Positions 1-8,958 of a stretch of DNA of 64,000 nt are shown one piece after another. The DNA is from Dehalococcoidia bacterium. Lineage in GTDB: Bacteria > Chloroflexota > Dehalococcoidia > Bin125. Below the pieces are notes generated by a model. That model did not search any database and had not been told where the DNA came from. It saw only the letters and a program-made list of their open reading frames with translations. The stretch is from positions 1,248,001 through 1,312,000 of the forward strand of contig OY820591.1 of the NCBI GenBank assembly GCA_963555985.3, written 5' to 3'. A program made the position numbers and the translations under genes. How positions within the stretch are numbered: the stretch's first letter is position 1; each line of letters opens with the position of its first letter.

Positions 1-447
1 GAGGAGGGACTGCGGGACAGCCGCGAACGCCAGCTCGCCGGACGCGCCCGGTTCGTGAATTGGGCACCGATCGTTTGGGTGTCAGCGCTGACCGGTGATT
101 CGGTGGACAGCGTCGTCGCGGCCGGATTGCACGTTGCCGAGCAGCGGCGCACGCGGGTGCCCACGCCGCGCCTGAACGCGATGCTGAAGCAGGCGCTGAT
201 TGACCGACCTCCGTCTACGTATCGGGGGCGTCCGATCCGCTTCTACTACGCGGTGCAGAGCGAGATTGAGCCGCCGACCTTCGTCTTCTTCGTGAACTAC
301 CCCGAGGCGGTGCATTTTTCGTATGAGCGCTTCTTGCTGGGGCGAATCCGGCGCACATTCGGCTTCGAGGGCGCGACACTACGCTGTGTGCTGAGGGGTC
401 GAGAACCGGCAAGCGGCGATGATCGTGCAGGACGAAACCAGAGCTGA
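1..447 (+). CDS. der: Ribosome biogenesis GTPase Der (EngA), C-terminal part; gene starts before the window
   Basis: Frame is open from base 1. WAPIVWVSALTG (end of the second G domain) and the KH-like tail 'YYAVQSEIEPPTFVFFVNYPEAVHFSYERFL...FGFEG'. Classic der-plsY-gpsA context. Confidence 0.92.
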   Translation, partial: EEGLRDSRERQLAGRARFVNWAPIVWVSALTGDSVDSVVAAGLHVAEQRRTRVPTPRLNAMLKQALIDRPPSTYRGRPIRFYYAVQSEIEPPTFVFFVNYPEAVHFSYERFLLGRIRRTFGFEGATLRCVLRGREPASGDDRAGRNQS

Positions 448-468
448 AACGGAGAAGGCGAGCGCGAT

Positions 469-1107
469 GTGATTGAGGCGTGGATCGTCGGGATCGTGGT
501 GGGCTATCTCGTTGGGTCGGTTCCGACCGGGCTGTGGATCGGGCGCTGGCGGGGTGGCGGCGACATCCGTGCGAGCGGGAGCGGCCGGATCGGTGCGACG
601 AACACGTTTCGGGCGCTGGGTCTGCGCTGGTCGGTGACCGTCCTGGCGCTTGACGCCGTCAAAGGGGCTTTGCCGATTCTGATCGTGATGGCTGTTTGGG
701 ACAGCCCTACCGGTGAAGTGTTGGGAGGATTGGCGGCGATCGTGGGACACCAATTTCCGCTCTATGCAGGGTTCCGGGGCGGGCGCGGCGCCGCGACGGC
801 GTTGGGCGGCGTGATCACGCTGATGCCGCCTGCGGCACTGTTTGCGCTGGCGGCGGCTGCGCCGGTCTTGTTGGGTATTCGGGTGATGTCGCTGGCGACG
901 CTGACTGGGGCGACGGCAGCAGGGTTGGGGATGTCGCTACTGGCGGCCTTCGGGGCTGCGCCAGATGCGTACATTGGATTTGCGGTTGGGACTTGGGTGC
1001 TGGTCGTCTGGGGGCACCGCGACAACGTGGAGCGGATTGTTGCGGGCAGCGAGCGCGTACTCTCCTGGTCGCGGCGCGGGGCTGCGCAGCAGGCGAGCGA
1101 AAGCTGA
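469..1107 (+). CDS. plsY: Glycerol-3-phosphate acyltransferase PlsY
   Basis: GYLVGSVP, SGSGRIGATN, DAVKG, GHQFP..FRGGRG and HRDN motifs; hydrophobic; lies between der and gpsA. Confidence 0.93.
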   Translation: MIEAWIVGIVVGYLVGSVPTGLWIGRWRGGGDIRASGSGRIGATNTFRALGLRWSVTVLALDAVKGALPILIVMAVWDSPTGEVLGGLAAIVGHQFPLYAGFRGGRGAATALGGVITLMPPAALFALAAAAPVLLGIRVMSLATLTGATAAGLGMSLLAAFGAAPDAYIGFAVGTWVLVVWGHRDNVERIVAGSERVLSWSRRGAAQQASES

Positions 1108-1120
1108 CTGGAGCGTCGTG

Positions 1121-2131
1121 ATGCAAACGATGGTGGTGGGCGCGACTTCGTGGGGATGCACGCTCGCCATGTGCATGGATCGTGCGGGTCATGATGTCGC
1201 TGTGCTCTGTAGAACGGTGGACGAGGCAGCGGAGCTTGCGGCTGCGCGCGAGCATCGCCGCTTGCTTCCTGGGGTGGCATTGCCAGAGCGTCTGGTCTTT
1301 ACGCATAAGGCGGCGGCAGTTGGCCTGCCCGCGACGGTGATCTGGGCGACTCCATCGCAGCGGTTGCGAGACAACCTGCGCGGCGTGCTGCGGGAGCTTC
1401 CCGCCGGAGACATCGTTCATGCGAGCGCGGCCAAGGGGCTCGAGCGGGGCACGCATCTGCGAATGACCGAAGTGATCGCAGAGGAGCTCGCGGCTGCGGG
1501 ACGGGACGAATCGGTCGGCGTTGTGAGCGGGCCGAATATCGCGCGGGAAGTGGCACGCGGTCTGCCGGCGACTACGGTGGCCGCCGCTGTTGGGCGGGAG
1601 GCGCGGATACGTTTGCGTGATGCCCTGAATTCGGATCGGTTCCGGGTCTACACGAATGAGGATGTGGTCGGTGTGGAGCTTGGGGGGGCGCTTAAGAACG
1701 TGATTGCGATTGCGGCGGGTATTGCGGTGGGTCTGGATGTGGGCGACAACGCGCGGGCGGCGCTGGTGACCAGAGGGCTGGCGGAGATTGCGCGTTTGGG
1801 GGTGGCGCTGGGCGCGTCTGCTTCGACCTTCGCCGGGCTTGCGGGCCTGGGCGATCTGTTGGCGACGGCGACGAGCCCGCGATCGCGTAATCGCACGCTG
1901 GGGGAGCGTTTGGGGTCGGGGATGACGCTTGCGGAAGCGGTTGCGGACACGCCCCATGTGGTTGAGGGAGTGGAGACTACTCGGGTCGTGCTTGAGGTGG
2001 CGGAGCGAGTGGGGGTGCAGCTGCCGGTGGCGGAGGTGGTGGCGCGGGTGTTGTTTGAGGATCTGAGTCCGCGTGATGCGATTCGGGTGTTGATGGAACG
2101 CGCGCCGACGGAGGAGGAGCAAGGGTTGTGA
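1121..2131 (+). CDS. gpsA: NAD(P)H-dependent glycerol-3-phosphate dehydrogenase
   Basis: GATSWG Rossmann motif, SGPNIA, GGALKNVIAIAAG, GLGDL..T..SRNR. ATG at 1121 chosen over the longer ORF that overlaps plsY. Confidence 0.95.
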   Translation: MQTMVVGATSWGCTLAMCMDRAGHDVAVLCRTVDEAAELAAAREHRRLLPGVALPERLVFTHKAAAVGLPATVIWATPSQRLRDNLRGVLRELPAGDIVHASAAKGLERGTHLRMTEVIAEELAAAGRDESVGVVSGPNIAREVARGLPATTVAAAVGREARIRLRDALNSDRFRVYTNEDVVGVELGGALKNVIAIAAGIAVGLDVGDNARAALVTRGLAEIARLGVALGASASTFAGLAGLGDLLATATSPRSRNRTLGERLGSGMTLAEAVADTPHVVEGVETTRVVLEVAERVGVQLPVAEVVARVLFEDLSPRDAIRVLMERAPTEEEQGL

Positions 2132-3126
2132 CGGAGGAGGATGATCAGTTCTCGCAGCCGCCTGATCCGGCCAGCGCGCTTCGGCGGATCATCTCGATCA
2201 TCGGTCGCGGGGATGAAGAGCTTGAGCTTGCCGACCTCTATGCGCTTTCGGGCTTGACCGGTCTGGGCGAGGCCAGGGCTGAGCTCGAGCAACTTGATGC
2301 TTCCGGTCGCTTCGCGCTCTTCGATCAGCTGCGCGAAACCGCGAGCGGGCCCGGCGGCTTCGACTTCACCTCGCTGTTCGCGGTCGCGCTACAGGATGAG
2401 GATCTGTCGGTGCGCTCGCTCGCTGCGGGGGCGTTGGCGGTGAGCGAGTCTGCGGGGGCGACGGCGGCGTTGCTGGAGGCGGCGGGTTCGAGCGAGGAAG
2501 ACGACGAAGTGCGCTGCGAGGCGGTGACGGCGTTGGGGGAGATCGCGATGCGGCTTGAGTTGGGCTGGGCTTCCGGCGAAGGGGCGGATGCGGTGGTGGA
2601 GACGCTGCGCGGGATTGCGGTTGACGCACGGGAGGAGGAGACACTGCGCGCGGCGGCGATTGCTGCGGTTGGCGTGATCTCGGAGGAGTGGGTGGCGGGG
2701 CTGATCGATGACGCTTTCTACTCCGACTCGGCGGCGCTGCATCTGGGCGCGGTGCAGGCGATGGGTCGGAGCGCGGATGTGGTCTGGCTGCCCTTGTTGG
2801 AGGGGGCGATCACGGCGGAGGACAGCGACGAACGGATCGCGGCGGCGCAGGCGTTGGGCGAGATCGGCTCCGAGGACGGGGTGCCGATCCTGGTGGATCT
2901 GTTTGATGATCCGACTGCCGAGGTGGAGGTGATTCAGGCCGCGATTGGGGCGCTGGGAGAGATTGGGGGAGAGGAGGCCGTAGAGGAGTTGGAGCGGCTG
3001 CGGACGCATCCGGCTGCGGCGGTGCGGGTCGCGGCTCAGGAGGCGCTGGAGGAGGCGAGTTGGCTGGATCAATCGATGCCGGAGGATGATGCGGAGGCTG
3101 CATTCGATTTCGATGGTCGGTGGTAG
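2128..3126 (+). CDS. HEAT/PBS-lyase repeat protein
   Basis: Repeated 'R..AA.ALGEIG' helical units; acidic; translationally coupled to gpsA. Confidence 0.8.
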   Translation: MTEEDDQFSQPPDPASALRRIISIIGRGDEELELADLYALSGLTGLGEARAELEQLDASGRFALFDQLRETASGPGGFDFTSLFAVALQDEDLSVRSLAAGALAVSESAGATAALLEAAGSSEEDDEVRCEAVTALGEIAMRLELGWASGEGADAVVETLRGIAVDAREEETLRAAAIAAVGVISEEWVAGLIDDAFYSDSAALHLGAVQAMGRSADVVWLPLLEGAITAEDSDERIAAAQALGEIGSEDGVPILVDLFDDPTAEVEVIQAAIGALGEIGGEEAVEELERLRTHPAAAVRVAAQEALEEASWLDQSMPEDDAEAAFDFDGRW

Positions 3127-3180
3127 ATTGCAGAAGCAGGAGCCGGGCTTCAGAGTGGATGCGTAGAAGGAGCCGTCGCC

Positions 3181-3711
3181 TTGGCCAGTACTGAGCAGCG
3201 GACGGACGGCGAGGCGGCTCGCCGCCGGGCGCGGAAGATGATTGCGGTGAGCGCCGGCGGCGTGGTCTGGCGTGAGGCGGGCCGCTCCGGTGAGGTTGAG
3301 GTGGTGCTGGTGCAGACGCCGGCGATGCGCTGGGCGCTGCCGAAGGGCAAGCCGGAGAATGGCGAGCGGCTGGCGGATACGGCGCTGCGGGAGGTGGCTG
3401 AGGAGACGGGGTTGGAAGTGGCGCTTGATGAGAAGATCGGGGTGATGCGCTACAGCTTTTCTGCGGTGGACGGCCGGATCGACAAGGCCGTGCATTTTTG
3501 GCTGATGCAGATGACGGGCGGCTCGTTTGAGAACCATGACGACGAGCATGTGGACGTGCGTTGGGTCGGTCTGGGGGATGCGATGCGGATGGTGGCGTAC
3601 CGCAACACGGCGGCGATGCTGGAGGACGCGGCGGCGATGCTTGACGCGCGGGTGCGTCCGCAGGCGGATTGGGACGTGGCGCCGAGCGGTGGGCATCAGC
3701 CGACCTGTTAG
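3181..3711 (+). CDS. NUDIX hydrolase (Ap4A/MutT-like)
   Basis: Nudix box LPKGKPENGERLADTALREVAEETG; the start may be ATG 3238. Confidence 0.88.
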   Translation: MASTEQRTDGEAARRRARKMIAVSAGGVVWREAGRSGEVEVVLVQTPAMRWALPKGKPENGERLADTALREVAEETGLEVALDEKIGVMRYSFSAVDGRIDKAVHFWLMQMTGGSFENHDDEHVDVRWVGLGDAMRMVAYRNTAAMLEDAAAMLDARVRPQADWDVAPSGGHQPTC

Positions 3712-3721
3712 CTTTTCGCTC

Positions 3722-4315
3722 GTGACTACGGTTGATTCGGATGTCGTCGCGGTCGGCGAGCTTGTGCGGATTCGGCACAAGCGGCTGGGGGATGCGCGTC
3801 TGGACTGGGCCTGGCGGACGGACGCCGAGTTAGCGGAGTTGGATGCGTCGCCGGTCTCGACGCTGACCTTTGAGCAGTACCGGAACCAGTACGAGTGGCA
3901 GCTGAGGCGGACTACGATCTACCGCTACACGTTCGCGGTGGAGACGGCGGAGGGGCAGCACATCGGGAACGTGATGTACTACAACATCGATCAGATTCGG
4001 CGGCAGGCGGAGTTGGGGGTGTTGATTGGGGATCGGGCGTATTGGGGTTCGGGGTATGGGCGGGAGGCGGTGGCGCTGCTGTTGGATCACATCTTTACGC
4101 ATACATCGTTGACGCGGGTGTATCTGCATACGCTGGACTGGAACGTGCGGGCGCAGCGTGCGTTCCGGGCGGCGGGCTTTCGGGATTGCGGGCGGGTGCG
4201 CAAGGGGCGGCAACGGTTTTATCAGATGCAGGTGTTGCGTGAGTGGCGTTGGCAGCGGGAGTATCAGCGTCGGGCGGCGCCCAAAGCGGTGGGGCGTCGG
4301 CGCCGGGGGTCGTGA
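3722..4315 (+). CDS. GNAT N-acetyltransferase (RimJ/RimL type)
   Basis: AELGVLIGDRAYWGSGYGREA and N.RAQRAF..AGF motifs; start GTG 3722 inferred. Confidence 0.85.
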   Translation: MTTVDSDVVAVGELVRIRHKRLGDARLDWAWRTDAELAELDASPVSTLTFEQYRNQYEWQLRRTTIYRYTFAVETAEGQHIGNVMYYNIDQIRRQAELGVLIGDRAYWGSGYGREAVALLLDHIFTHTSLTRVYLHTLDWNVRAQRAFRAAGFRDCGRVRKGRQRFYQMQVLREWRWQREYQRRAAPKAVGRRRRGS

Positions 4316-4335
4316 GCGGTTAGTCGCGTTGTCGG

Positions 4336-4429
4336 ACCCCCCTCTGTCCCTACGGGACATCTCCCCCCGCAGTGCGGGGGGAGAGGGGAGTGGATGCCGG
4401 GGCTCTCCCCTCGCGGTGCGAGGGGAGAG
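4336..4429. repeat. Family A double-hairpin palindromic repeat plus a second partial hairpin, between convergent genes
   Basis: ACCCCCCTCTGTCCCTACGGGACATCTCCCCCCGCAGTGCGGGGGGAGAGGGG, then the perfect hairpin CTCTCCCCTCGC-GGT-GCGAGGGGAGAG. Near-identical copy at 4986-5038. Confidence 0.9.
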
Positions 4430-4459
4430 GGATCCGTAGGGTTGCGAGGTTGGGTGTGC

Positions 4460-4927
4460 TTAGGCGCGGGTGGGGAGGATGACGACGCCGGTGCCTGGGG
4501 TGCTGACGGAGCCGTCGGCGCGGACGCCTTCGATGTTGAGTTCGACGAAGTTGCGTTCGCCCTCGGTGTACTTGCGGGTGACGGTGCCGCGGAGGGTGAA
4601 CTTTTGCTCCTGGGCGGACTCGCGGCCCTGGGCGGCGGGGTCCATGCCGCGGTAGGAGCACTGGACGCGCTTGACTTGGCCTTCGGGTCCGGCGAAGCGC
4701 CAGAGCAGTTCGCCGAGGAAGGCGTGCTTGAGGGCGCCGTGGACGATGATGTCGTCGAGGCCGGTGTCCTGTGCGTAGCTTGTGTCGTAGTGGATTTGGT
4801 AGAAGTCGCCGGAGCCGGCGGCCCATTGGACGAGCTGCTGGCTGGTGGGGTTCTTTTCGAGTTCGGGGATGCTGTCGCCTTCTTCGATGTCCTCGAAGTA
4901 GATCTGGTCGGGCACTGCGTCTGCCAT
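4460..4927 (-). CDS. MaoC-family (hotdog) dehydratase
   Basis: Hydratase-2 motif WAAGSGDFYQIHYD..YA...GLDDIIVHG. Confidence 0.88.
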   Translation of the reverse strand: MADAVPDQIYFEDIEEGDSIPELEKNPTSQQLVQWAAGSGDFYQIHYDTSYAQDTGLDDIIVHGALKHAFLGELLWRFAGPEGQVKRVQCSYRGMDPAAQGRESAQEQKFTLRGTVTRKYTEGERNFVELNIEGVRADGSVSTPGTGVVILPTRA

Positions 4928-4985
4928 GTGGGTCTCCTTCGTTCTGGGTGCGTAGTGTAGCGGGTTCGGTGTTTTGGGGCGGGAG

Positions 4986-5108
4986 ACCCCCCTCTGTCCC
5001 TACGGGACATCTCCCCCCGCATTGCGGGGGGAGAGGGGAGGAGGGAGGGGACATCTCCTTCTGGGAGAGGGAGCGGGGACCGAGCGGGTCCCCGATCGAG
5101 TCGGGGAC
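4986..5108. repeat. Family A repeat, partial copy, and free-standing hairpin GTCCCCGATCGAGTCGGGGAC
   Basis: 4986-5038 matches 4336-4388 almost exactly; hairpin at 5088-5108. Confidence 0.88.
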
Positions 5109-5112
5109 GGGA

Positions 5113-5631
5113 TCAGTCGCCGGGGCGGGGGTAGGAGATGCCGGTGCCTCGGGAGATGGCGACGACCTTGCCGTCCTGGTTGGTGTAGGTGGTCTCGGAG
5201 ACCTGGATCAGCATGGGGACGCCGAGGGCGCCGCTCCAGCGCTCGTTGAGGGAGGCGAGTGCGGTGGCGGAGGTGAGGGTGTCGCCGGCGCAGATTTGCT
5301 CGCCGGTGTACTCGATGTCGGTGCCGCCGTTGAGTACCAGGGGGTAAGGCGAGCGGAAGCCGCCCTGACCGCGCCGTCCACCGAAGGTGGGATCGGAGTC
5401 GGCGGGGTTGAAGATGGGTGTGCCGAGGTAGCCCGGAGGTGCGGGGAGGCTGCGGAAGCCGCGCTCGCGGGCGACTTGCTCGTCGTAGAAGGCGGGGTCG
5501 ACGTAGCCGACGGAGCGGGCGAACATGCGCACGCTGGTGGTGGTCAGTTCGCTGACGGTTTCGGGGCCTTTGACGCCGATCATGTTGCGCATTTCGTCGG
5601 TGATGACCGACTCGAATCTGTCGTCTGCCAT
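5113..5631 (-). CDS. MaoC N-terminal-domain (FAS1-like) dehydratase subunit
   Basis: Start MADDRFESV. RMFARSVG..DPAFYDE..A..RGFRSLPAPP and LNGGTDIEY motifs; partner of the adjacent MaoC gene. Confidence 0.85.
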   Translation of the reverse strand: MADDRFESVITDEMRNMIGVKGPETVSELTTTSVRMFARSVGYVDPAFYDEQVARERGFRSLPAPPGYLGTPIFNPADSDPTFGGRRGQGGFRSPYPLVLNGGTDIEYTGEQICAGDTLTSATALASLNERWSGALGVPMLIQVSETTYTNQDGKVVAISRGTGISYPRPGD

Positions 5632-5669
5632 GGCGCTCCTCGTGGTGTGGTGTGGTGGCTGGGAGTAGT

Positions 5670-6383
5670 TTAGCTGGTGGCTGCTTCGCGGCTGGAGCCG
5701 ACGATGGCGAAGCGTGCGGGGCGGGAGGGGACGGCGAATTCTTTGCCGGTTTCCATGTCGACGGCGCAGAAGTTGCCGGTTTTGAGTTCGCGGACGAGGT
5801 CTTGCCAGGTTTCGATTGAGTCGGTCTCGAACCAGGTGGCGACTTTGCCGATGTCGTGGACGGCGTGGGAGTCGGTGCCGGCGGTGCCGGGCATTTCGAG
5901 GGTTTCGGCGAGGTCGAGGGAGAAGCGGTTTTCGCGTTCTTTGCCGCGTCCGTTGAGGACTTCGAGGGCGACGCAGTGGGGGACGGCGGCGTTTTTGGTG
6001 GCGCGTTCGAGGGCGGTTCGCCAGTCTTCGGGGTTGTCTTTCCAGGCGATCTGTCGGCGGTAGGGGTGGGCGAGGACGAGGGCGCCGCCGCGTTCTTCGA
6101 CGTGCTTGGCGAGGCGCTCGACGCGGTGCATGCCGAAGACGTACTTTTCCATGCCCCAGGCGAGGATGTGGCCCTGGTCGCAGGAGACTTCGCAGCCGGG
6201 GATGACAACGAGGCCGACTTCTTCGGCGATTTTGGCGGCTTCGGCTTCGGGCCAGAGGGCGTCGTGCTCGGTGAGGCAGATGCCGTCGAGTCCGGCGGCT
6301 TTGGCGCGTTCGGCGAGGTCTTTGGGATCGAGGACGGAGTCGTGTGAGCGGGGCCAGGTGTGGTTGTGGAGGTCGATCAGCAT
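5670..6383 (-). CDS. PHP-domain metal-dependent phosphoesterase
   Basis: IDLHNHT, GLDGICLTEHD, GCEV, GH, AHP and GTDSH motifs. Confidence 0.88.
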   Translation of the reverse strand: MLIDLHNHTWPRSHDSVLDPKDLAERAKAAGLDGICLTEHDALWPEAEAAKIAEEVGLVVIPGCEVSCDQGHILAWGMEKYVFGMHRVERLAKHVEERGGALVLAHPYRRQIAWKDNPEDWRTALERATKNAAVPHCVALEVLNGRGKERENRFSLDLAETLEMPGTAGTDSHAVHDIGKVATWFETDSIETWQDLVRELKTGNFCAVDMETGKEFAVPSRPARFAIVGSSREAATS

Positions 6384-6464
6384 TGGTGCTCCGATGTACG
6401 GCGGGCACGCTCGATGTGGGCGCGCACGCAGATGGGTCGAGCGGAGGGCGGCGTGAGCAGTGTA

Positions 6465-7478
6465 TCACCGGAAGTACAGCGATCGGTTGGGACGGGGTTC
6501 GTCCAGGCCGGCGAGCTTTCGGATGAAGGGGTCATCGCTGGAGTAGGGCTTGATGCGGTAACCGACGAGGGTTTGGGTGTAGACGGGCGGTTTGGGCCCG
6601 CGACCGGGCGGATAGACACGTGATTTTTTGGGCTGAGGATCGGATTTGCCGTTGTCGTCGGGGGATTGCTCGGGCTGGTGTTCGGTGGTGTTCGATTCTG
6701 TTCGATTTGGTTCGATTGCGGGCGGGTCTGGTTCGGGCGTGGACGGGTTGGGTTCGGTTGTGTCGGGTTGGTGTTCGGACCCCTCTCTGTCGCTACGGGA
6801 CATCTCCCCCCGCGATGCGGGGGGAGAGGGGGACGGGGTGGGTGACGTCTCCTCCTGCGATGCGGGGGGAGCGGAGAAGTGGTTGACATTTTCCCCTGGA
6901 GTGAGATGAGGGATGTCAACTGGTGTTGGGGAGACCCCCCCTCTGCCTTCGGCATCTCCCCCCGCAAGGGGGGGAGAGGGGGAGGGAGTGGGGCCGGCGA
7001 AGCGCTCTTGGATTTTGGCCAATTGTTCGTCGTTGGGGTAGAAGTCGTCTGCTTTGTATTCGGCGAGGAGCATTTCGAGCGCCTTGAGTTCGCGGAGGGA
7101 ATCGGCGGCGTGGTTTTCGTGGATGCGGCGCTCGCGGCGCTGGCGGCGGTCGGTGATGCGGTCGAGGGAGTCGAGCAGGAGGCGGAGTTCGCGGGCGGCC
7201 TGGATGTGTCGCTCGTGGAGGTTGTCGTCGGCCTGGCCGAACTGTTGGAGGGCGTAGAGGAGTTGGTCGGCGGCGAGCGCTTCGATGATGTGTTCGCGGT
7301 GTTGTTCGAAGGCTTTGAGGTACTGGGAGACGGTGGAGTGGGCGCAGCCCATCTGCTCGGCGATTTGGCGGAGGGAGAGTCCCTGGCAGCGGAGTAGGTA
7401 GGCCTGGAGCAGTTTGGCTCGTCGGGCGGGTGAGAGTGGGGTGTCGGTCGGCATGGTCGGCTCCTTGATTGCACTCAT
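6465..7478 (-). CDS. Helix-turn-helix protein with a repeat-derived low-complexity C-terminal half
   Basis: N-terminal HTH 'GLSLRQIAEQMGCAHSTVSQYL', helical middle region. The C-terminus is built from family A palindromes and a GTTCG array. Confidence 0.65.
   Translation of the reverse strand: MSAIKEPTMPTDTPLSPARRAKLLQAYLLRCQGLSLRQIAEQMGCAHSTVSQYLKAFEQHREHIIEALAADQLLYALQQFGQADDNLHERHIQAARELRLLLDSLDRITDRRQRRERRIHENHAADSLRELKALEMLLAEYKADDFYPNDEQLAKIQERFAGPTPSPSPPLAGGDAEGRGGVSPTPVDIPHLTPGENVNHFSAPPASQEETSPTPSPSPPASRGEMSRSDREGSEHQPDTTEPNPSTPEPDPPAIEPNRTESNTTEHQPEQSPDDNGKSDPQPKKSRVYPPGRGPKPPVYTQTLVGYRIKPYSSDDPFIRKLAGLDEPRPNRSLYFR
6680..6777 (+). repeat. Helically phased GTTCG array
   Basis: GTTCG starts at 6680, 6690, 6700, 6710, 6731, 6752 and 6773 (spacings 10,10,10,21,21,21). 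Confidence 0.8.
6779..6982. repeat. Cluster of family A palindromes inside the HTH CDS
   Basis: Full copies at ~6779-6832 and ~6934-6982; degenerate copies at ~6844-6876 and ~6886-6917. Confidence 0.85.
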
Positions 7479-7553
7479 GTTCGGTTCATAGTAGCTGGTT
7501 TTGGCGTGGGTGAGGTTGGGTGTTGTGTTGTGTGGTTGTCTGATGGGGTTGGG

Positions 7554-7790
7554 TGCAGGACTCGGCGAGATACCCGCGACGGAGCGCGGGTATGACGGAA
7601 GTGTGGGCGCGGGTGTGGGTGATTGTTGTGGGGGATCCGAGGGGATTGCGGCGTTTCACCCCCTCTGCCCCTTCGGGGCATCTCCCCCTTGAGGGGGAGA
7701 TTGGTTGTGGGGAGGAGGTGGGATGGGGCTTGGTTGCAGGACTCGGCGAGATACCCGCGACGGAGCGCGGGTATGACGGAAGTGTGGGCG
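7554..7790. repeat. 56-bp exact direct repeat (family B REP-like half) flanking a family A element
   Basis: TGCAGGACTCGGCGAGATACCCGCGACGGAGCGCGGGTATGACGGAAGTGTGGGCG at 7554-7609 and 7735-7790; family A copy at 7658-7700. Confidence 0.92.
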
Positions 7791-7841
7791 ATTGTTGAGG
7801 GGAGATTGGGTTGGGGAAGAGGCGGGGGATTGGGGTTTGGA

Positions 7842-7871
7842 TTGAGTGAGGGTGGGGGGCGTGCATATAAT
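7842..7871 (+). promoter_or_regulatory. Sigma70-type promoter candidate for the nuo operon
   Basis: TTGAGT-N18-TATAAT about 50 bp upstream of the nuoA ATG; a perfect -10 is rare in this GC-rich DNA. Confidence 0.6.
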
Positions 7872-7919
7872 CCCGTCACGGCCCTGCTGCGCATTGCGCC
7901 GCTCGCGGTATGGAGAGGG

Positions 7920-8300
7920 ATGGGCGTGGTACTTGAGCAGTACAGCCATTTGGGGATTTTGCTGCTGTTTGCGGTGCTGTTTCCGTCGATTCCGTTGGTG
8001 GCGTCGTGGGCGTTCTACCAGTTTGGGCTGCGGCCGAAGCTGCCGAACGCGGTGAAGTCGGACACCTATGAGTGCGGAGTGGAGACGGAGGGGCCGACCT
8101 GGGTGCAGTTCAATTTCCGGTATTACCTGGTGGCGCTGATTTTCGTGCTGTTCGACGTGGAGGTGATTTTCCTGTTCCCGCTGGCGGTGGCGCTGGATTC
8201 GGTGGTGGTGACGGGGTTGGCGGCGGCGCTGATCTTCATCTTCGTGCTGGCGCTGGGGTTGGTGTACGAATGGCGCCGGCAGGCGCTGGAGTGGCGCTGA
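7920..8300 (+). CDS. nuoA: NADH-quinone oxidoreductase subunit A
   Basis: K..TYECG, YYLVALIFVLFDVE..FLFP and YEWRRQALEW motifs. Confidence 0.95.
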   Translation: MGVVLEQYSHLGILLLFAVLFPSIPLVASWAFYQFGLRPKLPNAVKSDTYECGVETEGPTWVQFNFRYYLVALIFVLFDVEVIFLFPLAVALDSVVVTGLAAALIFIFVLALGLVYEWRRQALEWR

Positions 8301-8301
8301 C

Positions 8302-8958
8302 GTGACGGCCGTGTTTGACTCCGGGCGGGCGAGCGAGATCGTCAATGCGGCAGCGCCGGGCGCGGCCTGTGTGGACGAGGGCGCGCTCTATCTGGACGGG
8401 GAGCAGTTGGTGGAAGCGGTGACGGCGCTGCGGGATGATGCGGAGAGCGACCTAATCTTCTTGTGCAACCTGACGGCGGTGGATCGGGAGCGGCACTTTG
8501 AGGTGGTGTATCACCTGCAATCGCTGGACCTGAATCACATTCTGGCGGCGAAGGTCTTGCTTCGTGACCGCGAAGATCCGGCGGCGCCGTCGTTGACGGG
8601 GGTGTACCAGGGGGCGCACTTGCAGGAGCGTGAGGTGTACGACCTGTTCGGGATTCGGTTTGAGGGGCATCCGGACTTGCGGCGGCTGTTTCTCTGGGAC
8701 GGGTTCCCGGGTTGGCCGCTGCGGAAGGATTTCTTGCAGATGCCCGGGCAGATCCGGGCGGGGTTGCCCGGGTTCCCGCATGAGGGCGAGGAGAATGCGT
8801 GGCCGGTGCCTGGGAGCGTGCCGCAGCGTCCGGTGCATCCGAACGATCCGCAGCCTGAGAGCGAGTTGGCGGTGTCGGAGCAAAGCGGGGATTCCCCCCT
8901 TCAGCCTTCGGCAGCTTCCCCCCCAAGGGGGGAAGCAGGGAGTGAGGAATCGTCGTGA
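8302..8958 (+). CDS. nuoC: NADH-quinone oxidoreductase subunit C
   Basis: LTAVD, FEVVYHL, EREVYDLFGIRFEGHPDLRR..GWPLRKDF; C-terminal extension contains a family A repeat. Confidence 0.93.
   Translation: MTAVFDSGRASEIVNAAAPGAACVDEGALYLDGEQLVEAVTALRDDAESDLIFLCNLTAVDRERHFEVVYHLQSLDLNHILAAKVLLRDREDPAAPSLTGVYQGAHLQEREVYDLFGIRFEGHPDLRRLFLWDGFPGWPLRKDFLQMPGQIRAGLPGFPHEGEENAWPVPGSVPQRPVHPNDPQPESELAVSEQSGDSPLQPSAASPPRGEAGSEESS
8893..8936. repeat. Family A variant inside the nuoC 3' end
   Basis: TCCCCCCTTCAGCCTTCGGCAGCTTCCCCCCCAAGGGGGGAAGC, same double-hairpin layout as 6934-6982. Confidence 0.75.

Noticed and set aside
7554-7790. CRISPR array
   Set aside because: Only two 56-bp units with a 125-bp spacer that itself contains another repeat; no cas genes.
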